Below are positions 1 to 8,994 of a DNA stretch of 64,000 nucleotides, piece after piece. The notes below the pieces were generated by a model that saw only the letters and a program-made list of their open reading frames with translations, had not been told where the DNA came from and did not search any database. Source of the DNA: Patescibacteria group bacterium (GTDB lineage: Bacteria > Patescibacteriota > Saccharimonadia > Saccharimonadales > CAYUUR01); NCBI GenBank assembly GCA_052034685.1, contig JBPOIH010000002.1:7738-71737 (forward strand). Direction: 5' to 3'. Numbering within the stretch: position 1 is the stretch's first letter; the number at the start of each line of letters is the position of its first letter. A program made the translations under genes and the position numbers.

Positions 1-99
1 ATATTTAGTTTCCTCATCTTTTCCTTTAAAACCTTCTTATCGTCAAGTTCGTCCTGTTTAACAACCCGAGACTCGTGGCTTTTCATCAAGCTCTCCATC
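1..99 (-). CDS. 5' end of a CDS that continues beyond the window (MESLMKSHESRVVKQDELDDKKVLKEKMRKLNI...). It may be the frameshifted continuation of the upstream sensor gene.
   Basis: ATG at 99 (rc), preceded by AAGAGAG. The frame is open to nt 1. It starts 11 nt after the stop of 111..1220. Confidence 0.35.
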
Positions 100-110
100 T
101 CTCTTATATC

Positions 111-1220
111 TATCGAATTTGAGGTCGCATCTCCTGTACTAACAATGTATGGGCTGGATGAATTATTCGAGTTGATGGCAAACAGGCAGAACTCGACCTT
201 TATATACTTCTCGATAACCGCCCCCGACACGGATAGCAGATGACGCAAGTCAATGGTTGAAACAATCGCCTGGTTAAATTCGTTCAGAAGATCTTGAGAG
301 TCATAAGCGTCTTGGTAAAATAGCTGGTTGCTTTTCCGATTAAAATACTTCAGAAGAGGATTGAAGGTAAACGACAAAACTATAGCCAGCACAGCGTATA
401 CAATAGGTGCATACTTTGCGCTGTCTGAAAACAATCTTATGGCTTGATCCGCAAAAACAAACACAAAAATGCCTACCATCAGCCCAATACTGAGCGTCGA
501 TAAAATGTAACCGACGGAGCGCGCCACCAAAAAACGAATATCAAAGAAACGGTGCTTAATAATCGCATATGCCACCAGAATAGAGAATATCAGTACGGCG
601 AAATTGCCCAAAAGTAGCAATATTGAATCCGCCTGAACAATCCGTAAAAGAACTATTCCTGTAACTGCATTTGTCACTCCAACAATAAGTGTTGCGATTA
701 GCATAATTTTTAACTGGTTCTTTTCGTTAACTTCACGTGTTCTTTTATATTTCTTGATCAGGACGACTAAGCTCAAGAAAACCAATGCAAGACTCATTAG
801 ATCTGAAAAGTCATATAACGGACCAACATCAACCGGTAAAACTCCGTAGTCGAGAATCTCAACGCTTATTACGTTCAATTTCGTTAACGCCAAAGCCGAA
901 AACAGTCCGTAGAGCGATCCGACTATAATCTGCTTCCGCCTGTTGACACTACTGGTGTACGGAAAGACAAGGACAAGGTAATAGAGCATTAGTGGGACAA
1001 GCTGTCCAAACATTAACGCAAATCGTAAAGCCCAGAGGGCAACAATTTCCTGTGATGTGGTATCGCTAATGAATAGCAAAGTGAGCCATAAGCTGGATAT
1101 TAGGTTAAACGCTGCAAAGATTCGATTCTTAAGCCTTTTTGGGTCGTTTAAGAAAACGGCGAGCCCGATAAGGATCAATCCGATTATGGCAGGTATATAG
1201 GCAATTATCTTAAGAATCAT
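111..1220 (-). CDS. Polytopic membrane sensor-type protein (histidine-kinase N-terminal 7TM-like region plus the start of a GAF-like segment), 369 aa
   Basis: Missing from the ORF track and translated by hand: ATG 1220, TAG 111-113. The translation MILKIIAYIPAIIGLILIGLAVF... has about 7 hydrophobic helices, then KHRFFDIRFLVARS and a soluble tail. Confidence 0.6.
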
Positions 1221-1279
1221 CTTTGTTTTTCGTTGTTTTTACAAAGTTATTGTATCATGAGTGACTAAAGGTTTACACA

Positions 1280-2179
1280 ATGCAAATACAGAGAATTCCT
1301 GTGTTCCCAAATTTTTCAAAGCTTGATATTGCTCATCAAGAAGAGTTTGATCGACTGAGTAAAGATTTTGAACCATATGCAGAATTCAGCTTTCCTTGTC
1401 TTTTTTGCTGGGATACTGACGGAAGTACTCAATTATCGGTGTTGAACGGCAACCTGGTAATACGAATGCCTGACTATATTACTGGGGAGCCATTTTACTC
1501 ATTAATTGGTACGTCTATGATTGATGAATCTATGAATCAACTTCTTTCGATTACAGACTCTTTAAAACTAGTCCCAGAGGTAACAATCGATCATATCAAG
1601 CGAGCTGAGAACTTTGTTGTTACGGCCGATCGTGATCAATTTGACTATATATATTCACTTGATCAGTTAGTCAACTTACCTGGGGCACACTTCAAGGGTC
1701 GCCGAAACAAAAAGGGCCGATTCGTCAAGGTTTACGAAGATCAGCTGCATATCAGTAAGATCAAATTTGGGTCGTCCGAAACCATACCTCAACTTCTCAA
1801 TGTATTTGATCGATGGGCTAAACAACGCGGTAGGTCAATCAGTGAAGCCAGTCACGAGCGCTTGGCGCTATCACGGTTACTGACTGAGTCAACACGATTC
1901 AACTTAATTGGAATAGTCGTTGAGGTTGATGACGAAATTGTAGGATTTTCAATAAACGAGATTGTTCAAAAAAATTACGCCGTATGCCGATTTCAAAAAT
2001 CACTACTAGACATAGATCACTTGGACGCTTTTCTTTCAAACCTTGTTGCTGTTGAGTTAAAACACTACGGCTGCGATCTGATAAGCTGGGAGCAAGATCT
2101 TGGAATAGAAGGGTTGAGGCAATTTAAAGAGTCGTATAAGCCTGTTATGTTTCTTAAAAAATACACGGTTACAAAGTAG
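1280..2179 (+). CDS. Stand-alone DUF2156 protein (MprF C-terminal, aminoacyl-tRNA-dependent transferase-like fold)
   Basis: Family-typical blocks are present: FSKLDI...EFSFPCLFCWD and DRDQFDYIYSLDQLVNLPGAHFKGRRNKKGRF. Confidence 0.7.
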   Translation: MQIQRIPVFPNFSKLDIAHQEEFDRLSKDFEPYAEFSFPCLFCWDTDGSTQLSVLNGNLVIRMPDYITGEPFYSLIGTSMIDESMNQLLSITDSLKLVPEVTIDHIKRAENFVVTADRDQFDYIYSLDQLVNLPGAHFKGRRNKKGRFVKVYEDQLHISKIKFGSSETIPQLLNVFDRWAKQRGRSISEASHERLALSRLLTESTRFNLIGIVVEVDDEIVGFSINEIVQKNYAVCRFQKSLLDIDHLDAFLSNLVAVELKHYGCDLISWEQDLGIEGLRQFKESYKPVMFLKKYTVTK

Positions 2180-2181
2180 TC

Positions 2182-3297
2182 TTAGGCTACCTGCTGCTTA
2201 CTTAAAGCATAATACTCGATTGCACCCACGGGTTTATCCAGCCCACTGACTGTTGCCACACCACTTGCATTTATTGTGTCTGTAACAATATCCGGTATGT
2301 AGGTGGTACTTACTTCAGTGCACTCAAATGTAATTAGTAGGTCGGCTCCACGTTTGGCAGCCAGTTTGATACTGAAATCTACTACATCCGCAGAGTAGCG
2401 ATTTCCACGCCTAGACTCATCAGAAACTATGCCAGGGAAAATGAATATATTATTTGTAGCGTAGTACTCTTCATACTCTCTTTCAAACGCGCTCTTATTA
2501 AACCAAGGTGCTTTATTTATATCCTGTAAGAAAATCATCAAAGTTGTTATCTCGCCATCAACACGATTTACAACTTTTGCAATGTCTCGATCTTTTAGAA
2601 TATCGATTAATGCTTCCTTGTCAAACCCAGCCAGTGTCGGGTCATTCTCGCCCAATCCTTCAAATGGTTTTTCATAAAATGACCACACATGTTCAGCTTC
2701 ATCGCCCTCAATACTAGCCACAAGGGATGGGCCGTTTCTCGCATCTCTCTCGTAGATTCCCTCATCAAGCGCTTGCTCGTATGCCTCAAACATGGTTGGT
2801 GCAGTTGACACATTTTGCGCCCCACTATTAATAGCCACATGCCCTACAAAAAAATCTACCCTACTTTCGACGCCATCTTCTCCCCCAAATGCTTCAACCC
2901 TAAACCTTTGATCTAGTTTTGCCTCGCGTACAAGTTCAGCTATTGGACTTGCATTATCGTCACTATACTTTTCAGTAACAACCACTCCACCGCGCTCTAT
3001 AACTTCTTCAATCATTGATTTAACAGACTCGTGTGATTCCGCGTCAGCTGTAGGCGGGTGGACATAGCAGTAAATATCCGCATTTTTACCATAAGTCCTC
3101 TCTAGTAGAGCAGTGTTGTACCATTCAAGTGCCTCAACAGGTACAAGCACTGGGGCACTAACCTCATTTCCGTCCTGGTTTAGATAGTCGTAGTGTAAGG
3201 TTCCTGGGTTTTCTAATGCTCTTTCTAGATCTTCGCCAAAAATGCCGACAACTAGTATTTGATTATTCTCAGCCCTGTAATCGCTGTACTCGCTCAT
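2182..3297 (-). CDS. Acidic hypothetical protein; the C-terminal ~150 aa may have a GNAT-like fold
   Basis: ATG at 3297 is preceded by GGAGAG, 1 nt after the upstream stop. The motif FIFPGIVSDESRRGNRYSADVV resembles GNAT motif A. Confidence 0.55.
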   Translation of the reverse strand: MSEYSDYRAENNQILVVGIFGEDLERALENPGTLHYDYLNQDGNEVSAPVLVPVEALEWYNTALLERTYGKNADIYCYVHPPTADAESHESVKSMIEEVIERGGVVVTEKYSDDNASPIAELVREAKLDQRFRVEAFGGEDGVESRVDFFVGHVAINSGAQNVSTAPTMFEAYEQALDEGIYERDARNGPSLVASIEGDEAEHVWSFYEKPFEGLGENDPTLAGFDKEALIDILKDRDIAKVVNRVDGEITTLMIFLQDINKAPWFNKSAFEREYEEYYATNNIFIFPGIVSDESRRGNRYSADVVDFSIKLAAKRGADLLITFECTEVSTTYIPDIVTDTINASGVATVSGLDKPVGAIEYYALSKQQVA

Positions 3298-3298
3298 A

Positions 3299-4120
3299 TT
3301 ACTCTCCAACTTGGACTTTTCGCTTAATGTACTTATTATACATGCCCGTCACGCCGGCAAGCAGTAACAATCCACCAACTATTGTCTTTGGCACACCGAA
3401 AGAACCCAGGGCCTCTCCTGTCAAAACCCCTTCAGCCGTAAAGTACACACCCATACAACCTGCTGTCCTTAAGCCAGATACAACATTCTCCTCCTTGCTC
3501 CTTTCAGGATGCACAACTTGCTTTGCTGCTAGTAAAACCGCAGTTCCACCCACCATAGCAATAGCAGCACGTAAAGGTAATGGGATCTCCTTGTTACTTT
3601 CAAAATTCTTACCCGTAATTTTTTCAACACTCTGATGAACTTTCTCAAGAGCCTTTTTAGTACCTTTGCCACTTAAAACATCCGCAGCGACAACAGCAGC
3701 AAGACCTTCGATAGCAAATGTTGCTAATCCAAATGCAAACGCACTTGCAAGAGTGTTGCCTTGTGTGGCTTGGTAGGTTGCGCCGAAAACAGCATACCTA
3801 CTCGCTTCATTACCGAATGATGCTTCAAATGAAAGAAAGCCGGCCTGCAAAGTCCTTTTACTATAGTGAATTGGGTCGTTCTGTAGTGCCACTGCCGCAT
3901 ATTGCGCCCGATAGTTTACTGCTTGTGCGTGACCAACAATAAATGAGCCAGCTCTCGCGAGGAAGCCTTTGCTTACTGAATTGTCAGGGTTGTCCTGGTT
4001 AATCTCAACTATTGAGGCATTATTAATATCCAGCTCACTGACACTTTGAGACGGTATTTCTTTAAATGGGTCTAGATTTTCTTGCATAAATTTAACCTTG
4101 TCGATTGAGTTAAAAAACAC
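3299..4120 (-). CDS. Polytopic membrane protein, unknown function
   Basis: Long ORF with several hydrophobic segments, translationally coupled to 2182..3297. An alternative ATG lies at 4087. Confidence 0.55.
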   Translation of the reverse strand: MFFNSIDKVKFMQENLDPFKEIPSQSVSELDINNASIVEINQDNPDNSVSKGFLARAGSFIVGHAQAVNYRAQYAAVALQNDPIHYSKRTLQAGFLSFEASFGNEASRYAVFGATYQATQGNTLASAFAFGLATFAIEGLAAVVAADVLSGKGTKKALEKVHQSVEKITGKNFESNKEIPLPLRAAIAMVGGTAVLLAAKQVVHPERSKEENVVSGLRTAGCMGVYFTAEGVLTGEALGSFGVPKTIVGGLLLLAGVTGMYNKYIKRKVQVGE

Positions 4121-4222
4121 AGCTCCCTATCATAAGTGATAGCTCGCTGTGTTTTTCGTCTGAAAATGAACTTAGTACGACGTTGGATATGTTACTATAT
4201 TAATATGAAGTTGTCAATGTAG

Positions 4223-4253
4223 TTGACATTGGTGTAGTTATTTGGCATAGTAT
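4223..4253 (+). promoter_or_regulatory. Putative promoter of the Cys-repeat peptide gene
   Basis: A perfect TTGACA (4223-4228) sits within the inverted repeat TGTCAA-N5-TTGACA. An AT-rich -10 candidate (CATAGT/TAGTAT) lies 5-8 nt before ATG 4259, with no SD. Confidence 0.35.
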
Positions 4254-4258
4254 ATAAC

Positions 4259-4570
4259 ATGTTTAAAGAATTAAGACCTGGCACCCTAAACCGAAAGTTT
4301 ATCGCTATACCTCTGTCCGCGTTTTTTTTATTCAGCGCGCATGATACCCAATCGACAATATCGCCAAATTACGATCAGCAACAGCAAGAGGATATCAATA
4401 CAGATTTGAATAGGGTTTGTACGAATATCTATTTTGACAATCCGGATAGGTGTCAGCAAGCAGAAGACAAAACACACGATATCGGAAGTGATCCCATTTC
4501 AAACGCACAATCACTGGGAACAATTTGTACGAATATCTATTTTGACAATCCAGATAGGTGTCAGCAGTAA
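4259..4570 (+). CDS. Small secreted/anchored peptide with two identical C-x10-C repeats (CTNIYFDNPDRCQQ x2)
   Basis: N-terminal basic plus hydrophobic segment (KFIAIPLSAFFLFSA). Two 14-aa identical repeats are 36 aa apart, and the second ends the protein. Confidence 0.6.
   Translation: MFKELRPGTLNRKFIAIPLSAFFLFSAHDTQSTISPNYDQQQQEDINTDLNRVCTNIYFDNPDRCQQAEDKTHDIGSDPISNAQSLGTICTNIYFDNPDRCQQ
4417..4566 (+). repeat. Two 42-nt direct repeats (4417-4458 and 4525-4566; 1 mismatch, 108-nt period) encoding the Cys-bracketed motif
   Basis: ttgtacgaatatctattttgacaatcc(g/a)gataggtgtcagca was read directly in both places. Confidence 0.9.
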
Positions 4571-4587
4571 AACGTAAATTGACACGT

Positions 4588-5712
4588 TTACTCGGACAGG
4601 AAGATTTGGCTGGGTATTTGAAAGTCATTGAACGGAGCGCCATAAACAACTGTGTACGCACCAGCTGAGCCAAAATATACCTTGTCTCCAATCATAAGTG
4701 TCTCTGGCAAAAGTGCGTTATGCGTTATAGTGTCGCAAGAATCGCATGTCGGCCCAGTAAGAACATAGTTCGTTAGTTTGGCGTTTGGTCCATCTTTACT
4801 GGATGTTACCGGGTATTGAATACTATCTGACTCAAACATTTCGACAAATGCTTGAAACCGCCCAACATCTAGAAATAGCCAATCCTGATCTCCACGCCTG
4901 ACTTTACCAATTATTGACGATACAATCACACTACTTTCTGCCACCAAATAGCGTCCAGGCTCGCACCACAGATCAACTTCGTATGGCAGCTTAGCAACAT
5001 TTGCACGGATTCTTGCGGCAATATCCTCAATTGAAGGAATCGGCTGACAATGATCTACAGGGAAACCTCCCCCAATGTTTACCACTTTCATTTTGATGCC
5101 TGCCTTTAGCAACTCCTTCATAAGTTTTACTGTCCGCGAAAAAGCAGAGTCCCAAACTTCAAGACTTTCCGCTTGAGAGCCAACATGGAAAGCAATTCCT
5201 ATAGGCTCCAGTCCTTGCTTTCGTGCATAGGTTAAAATTGAGACAGCACTATCAATTGTGGCGCCAAACTTATCGCTTAGTTTTATCAAGCTACCTTTAT
5301 TCGATACGTTTATTCGCAAATATACTTTGCTGTGTGGTGCGTATTCGTGTAGCTTATCGACTTCCTCCGTTGAATCAACTGCATAAAATATGACTCCCTT
5401 ATCATAAGCCTGTTTTATATGACTAGGGATTTTTACTGGGTTACTGAAAATTACATCTCTTGGTTCTACATCCAGTTCGGTTAGGCGATCTAACTCACCG
5501 ATCGACGCAATCTCGAAACCACAACCTGTAGAATAAAGTCTCTTGAGGATAGGCTTAGCTGGACATGCCTTAACAGCGTAGTAAATCTTTGTATTGGGCA
5601 GGTTAGCCTTTAAGCCATAGAATTGCCGTTGAATATAATCGAGGTCAGTAACCATCAACGGAGTACTTGCAACACTACCCTTCAAGTATCGTGCATTAAG
5701 TCTGCTCGTCAT
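4588..5712 (-). CDS. PLP-dependent decarboxylase, ornithine/lysine/DAP decarboxylase family (fold type III)
   Basis: Motifs present: YYAVKACP (PLP lysine), GGGFPV, CEPGRYLVAES and GPTCDSCD. Confidence 0.85.
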   Translation of the reverse strand: MTSRLNARYLKGSVASTPLMVTDLDYIQRQFYGLKANLPNTKIYYAVKACPAKPILKRLYSTGCGFEIASIGELDRLTELDVEPRDVIFSNPVKIPSHIKQAYDKGVIFYAVDSTEEVDKLHEYAPHSKVYLRINVSNKGSLIKLSDKFGATIDSAVSILTYARKQGLEPIGIAFHVGSQAESLEVWDSAFSRTVKLMKELLKAGIKMKVVNIGGGFPVDHCQPIPSIEDIAARIRANVAKLPYEVDLWCEPGRYLVAESSVIVSSIIGKVRRGDQDWLFLDVGRFQAFVEMFESDSIQYPVTSSKDGPNAKLTNYVLTGPTCDSCDTITHNALLPETLMIGDKVYFGSAGAYTVVYGAPFNDFQIPSQIFLSE

Positions 5713-6671
5713 GTCTTGATTGTATCATCATGCCAAACATCTACTGGCCTGACACAATACATGCGCAAAAAGTTGGTAGGCGCTAACGACAACTTGATGT
5801 TTCTGAGTAATGGAAATCCCGAATCAGCCTCGATGTTTACAAATTTTACCCTCTCTTCTTTGAACCATCTTGCATACATATATATTGAAATCTCCATTAA
5901 ATATGGAAGTTCGTAACTAAAACGAGCATGTGACATTATCTTGTAATCGTCAGCAGGGCTATCTTGTAGAATCAAGAAACTATGTAGCTCTCCATCCAAA
6001 TACATGCCCAGTCCGTTAAAGCCAAGATCATTAGCCTTACGAATCGCAATCAACAGACAATCCTCTTCGTGTTTTGCGAAGTTATTCACGCCCCCCTTTA
6101 ACTTCCATCTGGAAACAAGCTCAATCAGCTCGTCAGCTTGATAAACCGAGCTCAGATCAAGCGGCGCAACTTTTATTCGCTCATTATTGTATTCATCTAG
6201 GAATCGCTTTAATTTCCACTGTTTGTGTCTTGGCAACGCATCAATATTGGCTAGTTGACGACAGTCCACAATACACTCATCGTGTTCACGCTCTGCAGTA
6301 AAGCGAAAGAGTTCTGGGTATCGGACTTGGCTAACCACATGTTCCGGGACATGAGTCAGACATTGCTTTTGTCCCTTTGACCGCTGAAAATCAAATACGG
6401 CGCAAAAAGTCTCATCGACATTATCGTTACCTAAAACCGTCAAGCCTGAATATTCATCATAACCTGGATACCACAAACATATCACCATGTTATTCCCGTG
6501 CATGGCAATTCTGCACGGCTCAAGCGCACTCCACCAAGTAAGTAAAGTACCGAAGCTTAGAGAAGCAGAAGGCTGAAATCGGCTACAAAATTGCTCGTAA
6601 AGCTCGCGGTCGGCAAGTGTGAGTTTGGTGAACTCAGGGAAGGTTTTGAAGTGAGAGGCACCTTTTTGCAT
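5709..6671 (-). CDS. Second, divergent stand-alone DUF2156 protein
   Basis: FPEFTKLTLADRELYEQF...SLSFGTLLTWW matches the N-terminal pattern of 1280..2179. ATG 6671 follows GGAG. Its 3' end makes an ATGA overlap with the decarboxylase start. Confidence 0.65.
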   Translation of the reverse strand: MQKGASHFKTFPEFTKLTLADRELYEQFCSRFQPSASLSFGTLLTWWSALEPCRIAMHGNNMVICLWYPGYDEYSGLTVLGNDNVDETFCAVFDFQRSKGQKQCLTHVPEHVVSQVRYPELFRFTAEREHDECIVDCRQLANIDALPRHKQWKLKRFLDEYNNERIKVAPLDLSSVYQADELIELVSRWKLKGGVNNFAKHEEDCLLIAIRKANDLGFNGLGMYLDGELHSFLILQDSPADDYKIMSHARFSYELPYLMEISIYMYARWFKEERVKFVNIEADSGFPLLRNIKLSLAPTNFLRMYCVRPVDVWHDDTIKT

Positions 6672-6770
6672 GATGGGCTCCAATTTGCACTTATCGTACT
6701 ATCTTTTGACAGGAATGAAAATTGCTTGTGCTAGACAGTATGTAATAACTGGTGCACAATAAAACTAAAG

Positions 6771-7136
6771 ATGAAACAAAAAGTCGCTGTTATCGAAGAT
6801 GATCTGCCAATCTGTGAGATGTATGAGTTCAAGCTACAAAACTCTGGGTTTGAGGTCAAGACGGCTCACAATGGACAGGATGGCTACAAGCTAGTAGAAG
6901 TCTTTAAGCCAGATCTTATTCTACTGGACCTCAAAATGCCCATCATGACGGGGGACGCCATGCTGCAAAAACTCCGCCAAACAGACTGGGGTGCTAACCT
7001 GCGCGTTATTATCCTGACAAATATTAGCCGCGACGAAGCACCGCACAGCCTCCGCTTCCTAAACGTTGACCGCTATATCGTCAAAGCACACCACACGCCG
7101 CAACAGGTAATAGATATCGTCAAAGAACTCATCTAG
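6771..7136 (+). CDS. Stand-alone response-regulator receiver domain protein (RR1)
   Basis: VAVIEDD...DLILLDLKMP...ILTN...KA is a CheY-like receiver. There is no output domain. Confidence 0.9.
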   Translation: MKQKVAVIEDDLPICEMYEFKLQNSGFEVKTAHNGQDGYKLVEVFKPDLILLDLKMPIMTGDAMLQKLRQTDWGANLRVIILTNISRDEAPHSLRFLNVDRYIVKAHHTPQQVIDIVKELI

Positions 7137-7233
7137 CAGTACGGCATTGTTTGAACTTTGGAGTACGACTCTCTCATCGTTTTCAGATTCTCCGAATTTA
7201 ATCACAAAGCTTAGCAATTGTTCAGAGTTTCAA

Positions 7234-7749
7234 TCACTTAGAAACTACTTTGTTAACCGCACTCCGCAATTTGCGGTTGCTCAATGCATAGATTGAGGTT
7301 AGCAATTCTAAATCACATCCATTCAAATCATTTGATGTTAGATTATTCTTTGGCCTAAAGATTGTGTGACCATACCTCAATATAATGCTTGTTATCAACG
7401 ATCTTTTGATAAGCTCTACGTTTACATCGGATGGTTCCGTAACCTTTTCTTCTATACCTAAAGTATCCGGGTTGATTTCACTGTTGAAGGCACAAGACTG
7501 TGGTATTTGCTCGAGGTTAGCCTTGGTAGCAACAAAAGAAATCTGTCTGCCCTGTGAGTCGTAAAGTTTAAAGTCGACATCCAGGATTGCTGTCCCGAAA
7601 TTATACACGTATTCAATGCTGTCGCTTATCTCATCGACAGAATAACCATCTTTATAACGATCAAGAAGGTAGTAGGGAGACTTTGTGTGGGAAGCTGCCA
7701 TGTTCATCATCTCCAGAATAACAAACTTCGCATAAATGAGTGTAACCAT
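7234..7749 (-). CDS. Hypothetical protein (171 aa) in the inserted segment
   Basis: ORF only, visibly more AT-rich than its flanks. An internal GGAG-ATG alternative start lies near 7701. Confidence 0.45.
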   Translation of the reverse strand: MVTLIYAKFVILEMMNMAASHTKSPYYLLDRYKDGYSVDEISDSIEYVYNFGTAILDVDFKLYDSQGRQISFVATKANLEQIPQSCAFNSEINPDTLGIEEKVTEPSDVNVELIKRSLITSIILRYGHTIFRPKNNLTSNDLNGCDLELLTSIYALSNRKLRSAVNKVVSK

Positions 7750-7807
7750 TCTATCGTACTGATTATCGCAAATTAAATACTATTGATATCGGGTCACTAT
7801 TATAAGC

Positions 7808-8224
7808 TCATTTTATGGACGTTTGTTGCGACGAATATGGCTCAAAATGTCGTACTTTGACAAGTGAACTTTTCCTCTTTAATAGCGCATTAATATTAAA
7901 CTTCTCTTTACCGACCTGCACTTTGTACGAGGTATGCTGTTTATCATACTCGTGAATTGTTATTTTTCCAGCAACCACATCATTAATTAGCTTTCTAAGA
8001 CTAGGGGCGAGTCGTTCAGGATGTTTTGGATTCTGGAACAATTCGATGGTGTAAGTATCATCGAAGAGGACTAGGGCTGTCCAGGGCTCAACATCAATTA
8101 CAATCTTACATGCATCACTGTTTAAAAGAGGGCTTACTTCAAGCCTTCCATCCGCACACTCAACTCGCGCCTTGTCTTCAAGGTTCTTTTTTAACTCCAA
8201 ACACAACTCGTTAAATGCTGTCAT
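7808..8224 (-). CDS. Hypothetical protein (138 aa) in the inserted segment
   Basis: ORF only; small soluble protein. Confidence 0.5.
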   Translation of the reverse strand: MTAFNELCLELKKNLEDKARVECADGRLEVSPLLNSDACKIVIDVEPWTALVLFDDTYTIELFQNPKHPERLAPSLRKLINDVVAGKITIHEYDKQHTSYKVQVGKEKFNINALLKRKSSLVKVRHFEPYSSQQTSIK

Positions 8225-8315
8225 TATGTATATGCTTCACTTTAATATATGATGGTTTATTGGAGATGAGAGTGGCTTTCATTGTTGTGGCTAGAATCTG
8301 ATAATAGTTATCATT

Positions 8316-8813
8316 CTACTTGTTTAATAGTTTGGAAAAAAATCCTCGTTTTTGTTTACGAATGTCGAGTAGCAGCCCTGATTTCAACTCTCTTCGTACA
8401 ATTCCTGGTGACTGTTGCACATTCCCAGTTTTAGTTATTTCGAAGTAGTATTTCTCGTCCTGACCAAGGATGACGCACCCGAAACTAGCGTCAGCGGTTA
8501 GTTCTTGTAGAAATGGAAGCTTCGAAAGTTGCGTCCCAATACTAATAAGTTGTTCTTCCGTACAATTACTTTTTTGAGGCATATCAACTTTAGTATTGAG
8601 GCTTATTTTCCCGTACTTCGTAGAATCATCATAAAATGCCGTTAGTGTGTCGCTTTGATAGTGCAGTGTGACCTCGACTTGTTTCTCAAAGTTACGCTCT
8701 CTTACACAATACGTAATTGGCACTTTTGACATTGCAATAAGTAGCAGGAGATTTTGGTCTAGTTTCAAAATCTGATTAACTTGGTGCTCTAGATTATTCG
8801 ACATTGTCTTCAT
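8316..8813 (-). CDS. Hypothetical protein (~165 aa) in the inserted segment
   Basis: ATG at 8813. The track's TTG start at 8834 would abut the response-regulator fragment. Confidence 0.45.
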   Translation of the reverse strand: MKTMSNNLEHQVNQILKLDQNLLLLIAMSKVPITYCVRERNFEKQVEVTLHYQSDTLTAFYDDSTKYGKISLNTKVDMPQKSNCTEEQLISIGTQLSKLPFLQELTADASFGCVILGQDEKYYFEITKTGNVQQSPGIVRRELKSGLLLDIRKQKRGFFSKLLNK

Positions 8814-8838
8814 TATCTCATAGGCAGTCGCCAAAATT

Positions 8839-8927
8839 GCCTACGCTTCCTAAATGTTGACCGCTACATCGTCAAGGCTCACCACACACCACAACAAGTC
8901 ATAGATATCGTCAAAGAACTTATCTGA
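8839..8927 (+). pseudogene. Displaced 3' end of a response-regulator gene (encodes LRFLNVDRYIVKAHHTPQQVIDIVKELI*)
   Basis: This 89-nt stretch aligns to 7048..7136. There are 10 substitutions, all third-codon-position synonymous, plus TGA in place of TAG. No upstream receiver sequence is present. Confidence 0.75.
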
Positions 8928-8963
8928 TAACTTACTAGCGCAACTATCCAGCTAAAAACAAGA

Positions 8964-8991
8964 TTGACTGCAGCTATAGACGCGCTATTAT
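8964..8991 (+). promoter_or_regulatory. Putative sigma70-type promoter of RR2
   Basis: TTGACT-16 nt-TATTAT. ATG 8995 and GTG 8998 follow within 3-6 nt, which looks leaderless. Confidence 0.4.
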
Positions 8992-8994
8992 CTG

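Noticed and set aside
2508-2840. Antisense or nested ORFs inside well-supported genes. Examples: 2508..2717, 2607..2840, 13744..14044, 15538..15928, 16047..16406, 40193..40858, 43072..43330, 54267..55671, 57283..57861
   Set aside because: They lie fully within longer ORFs that carry recognisable family motifs on the other strand or frame. This is typical shadow-ORF composition.
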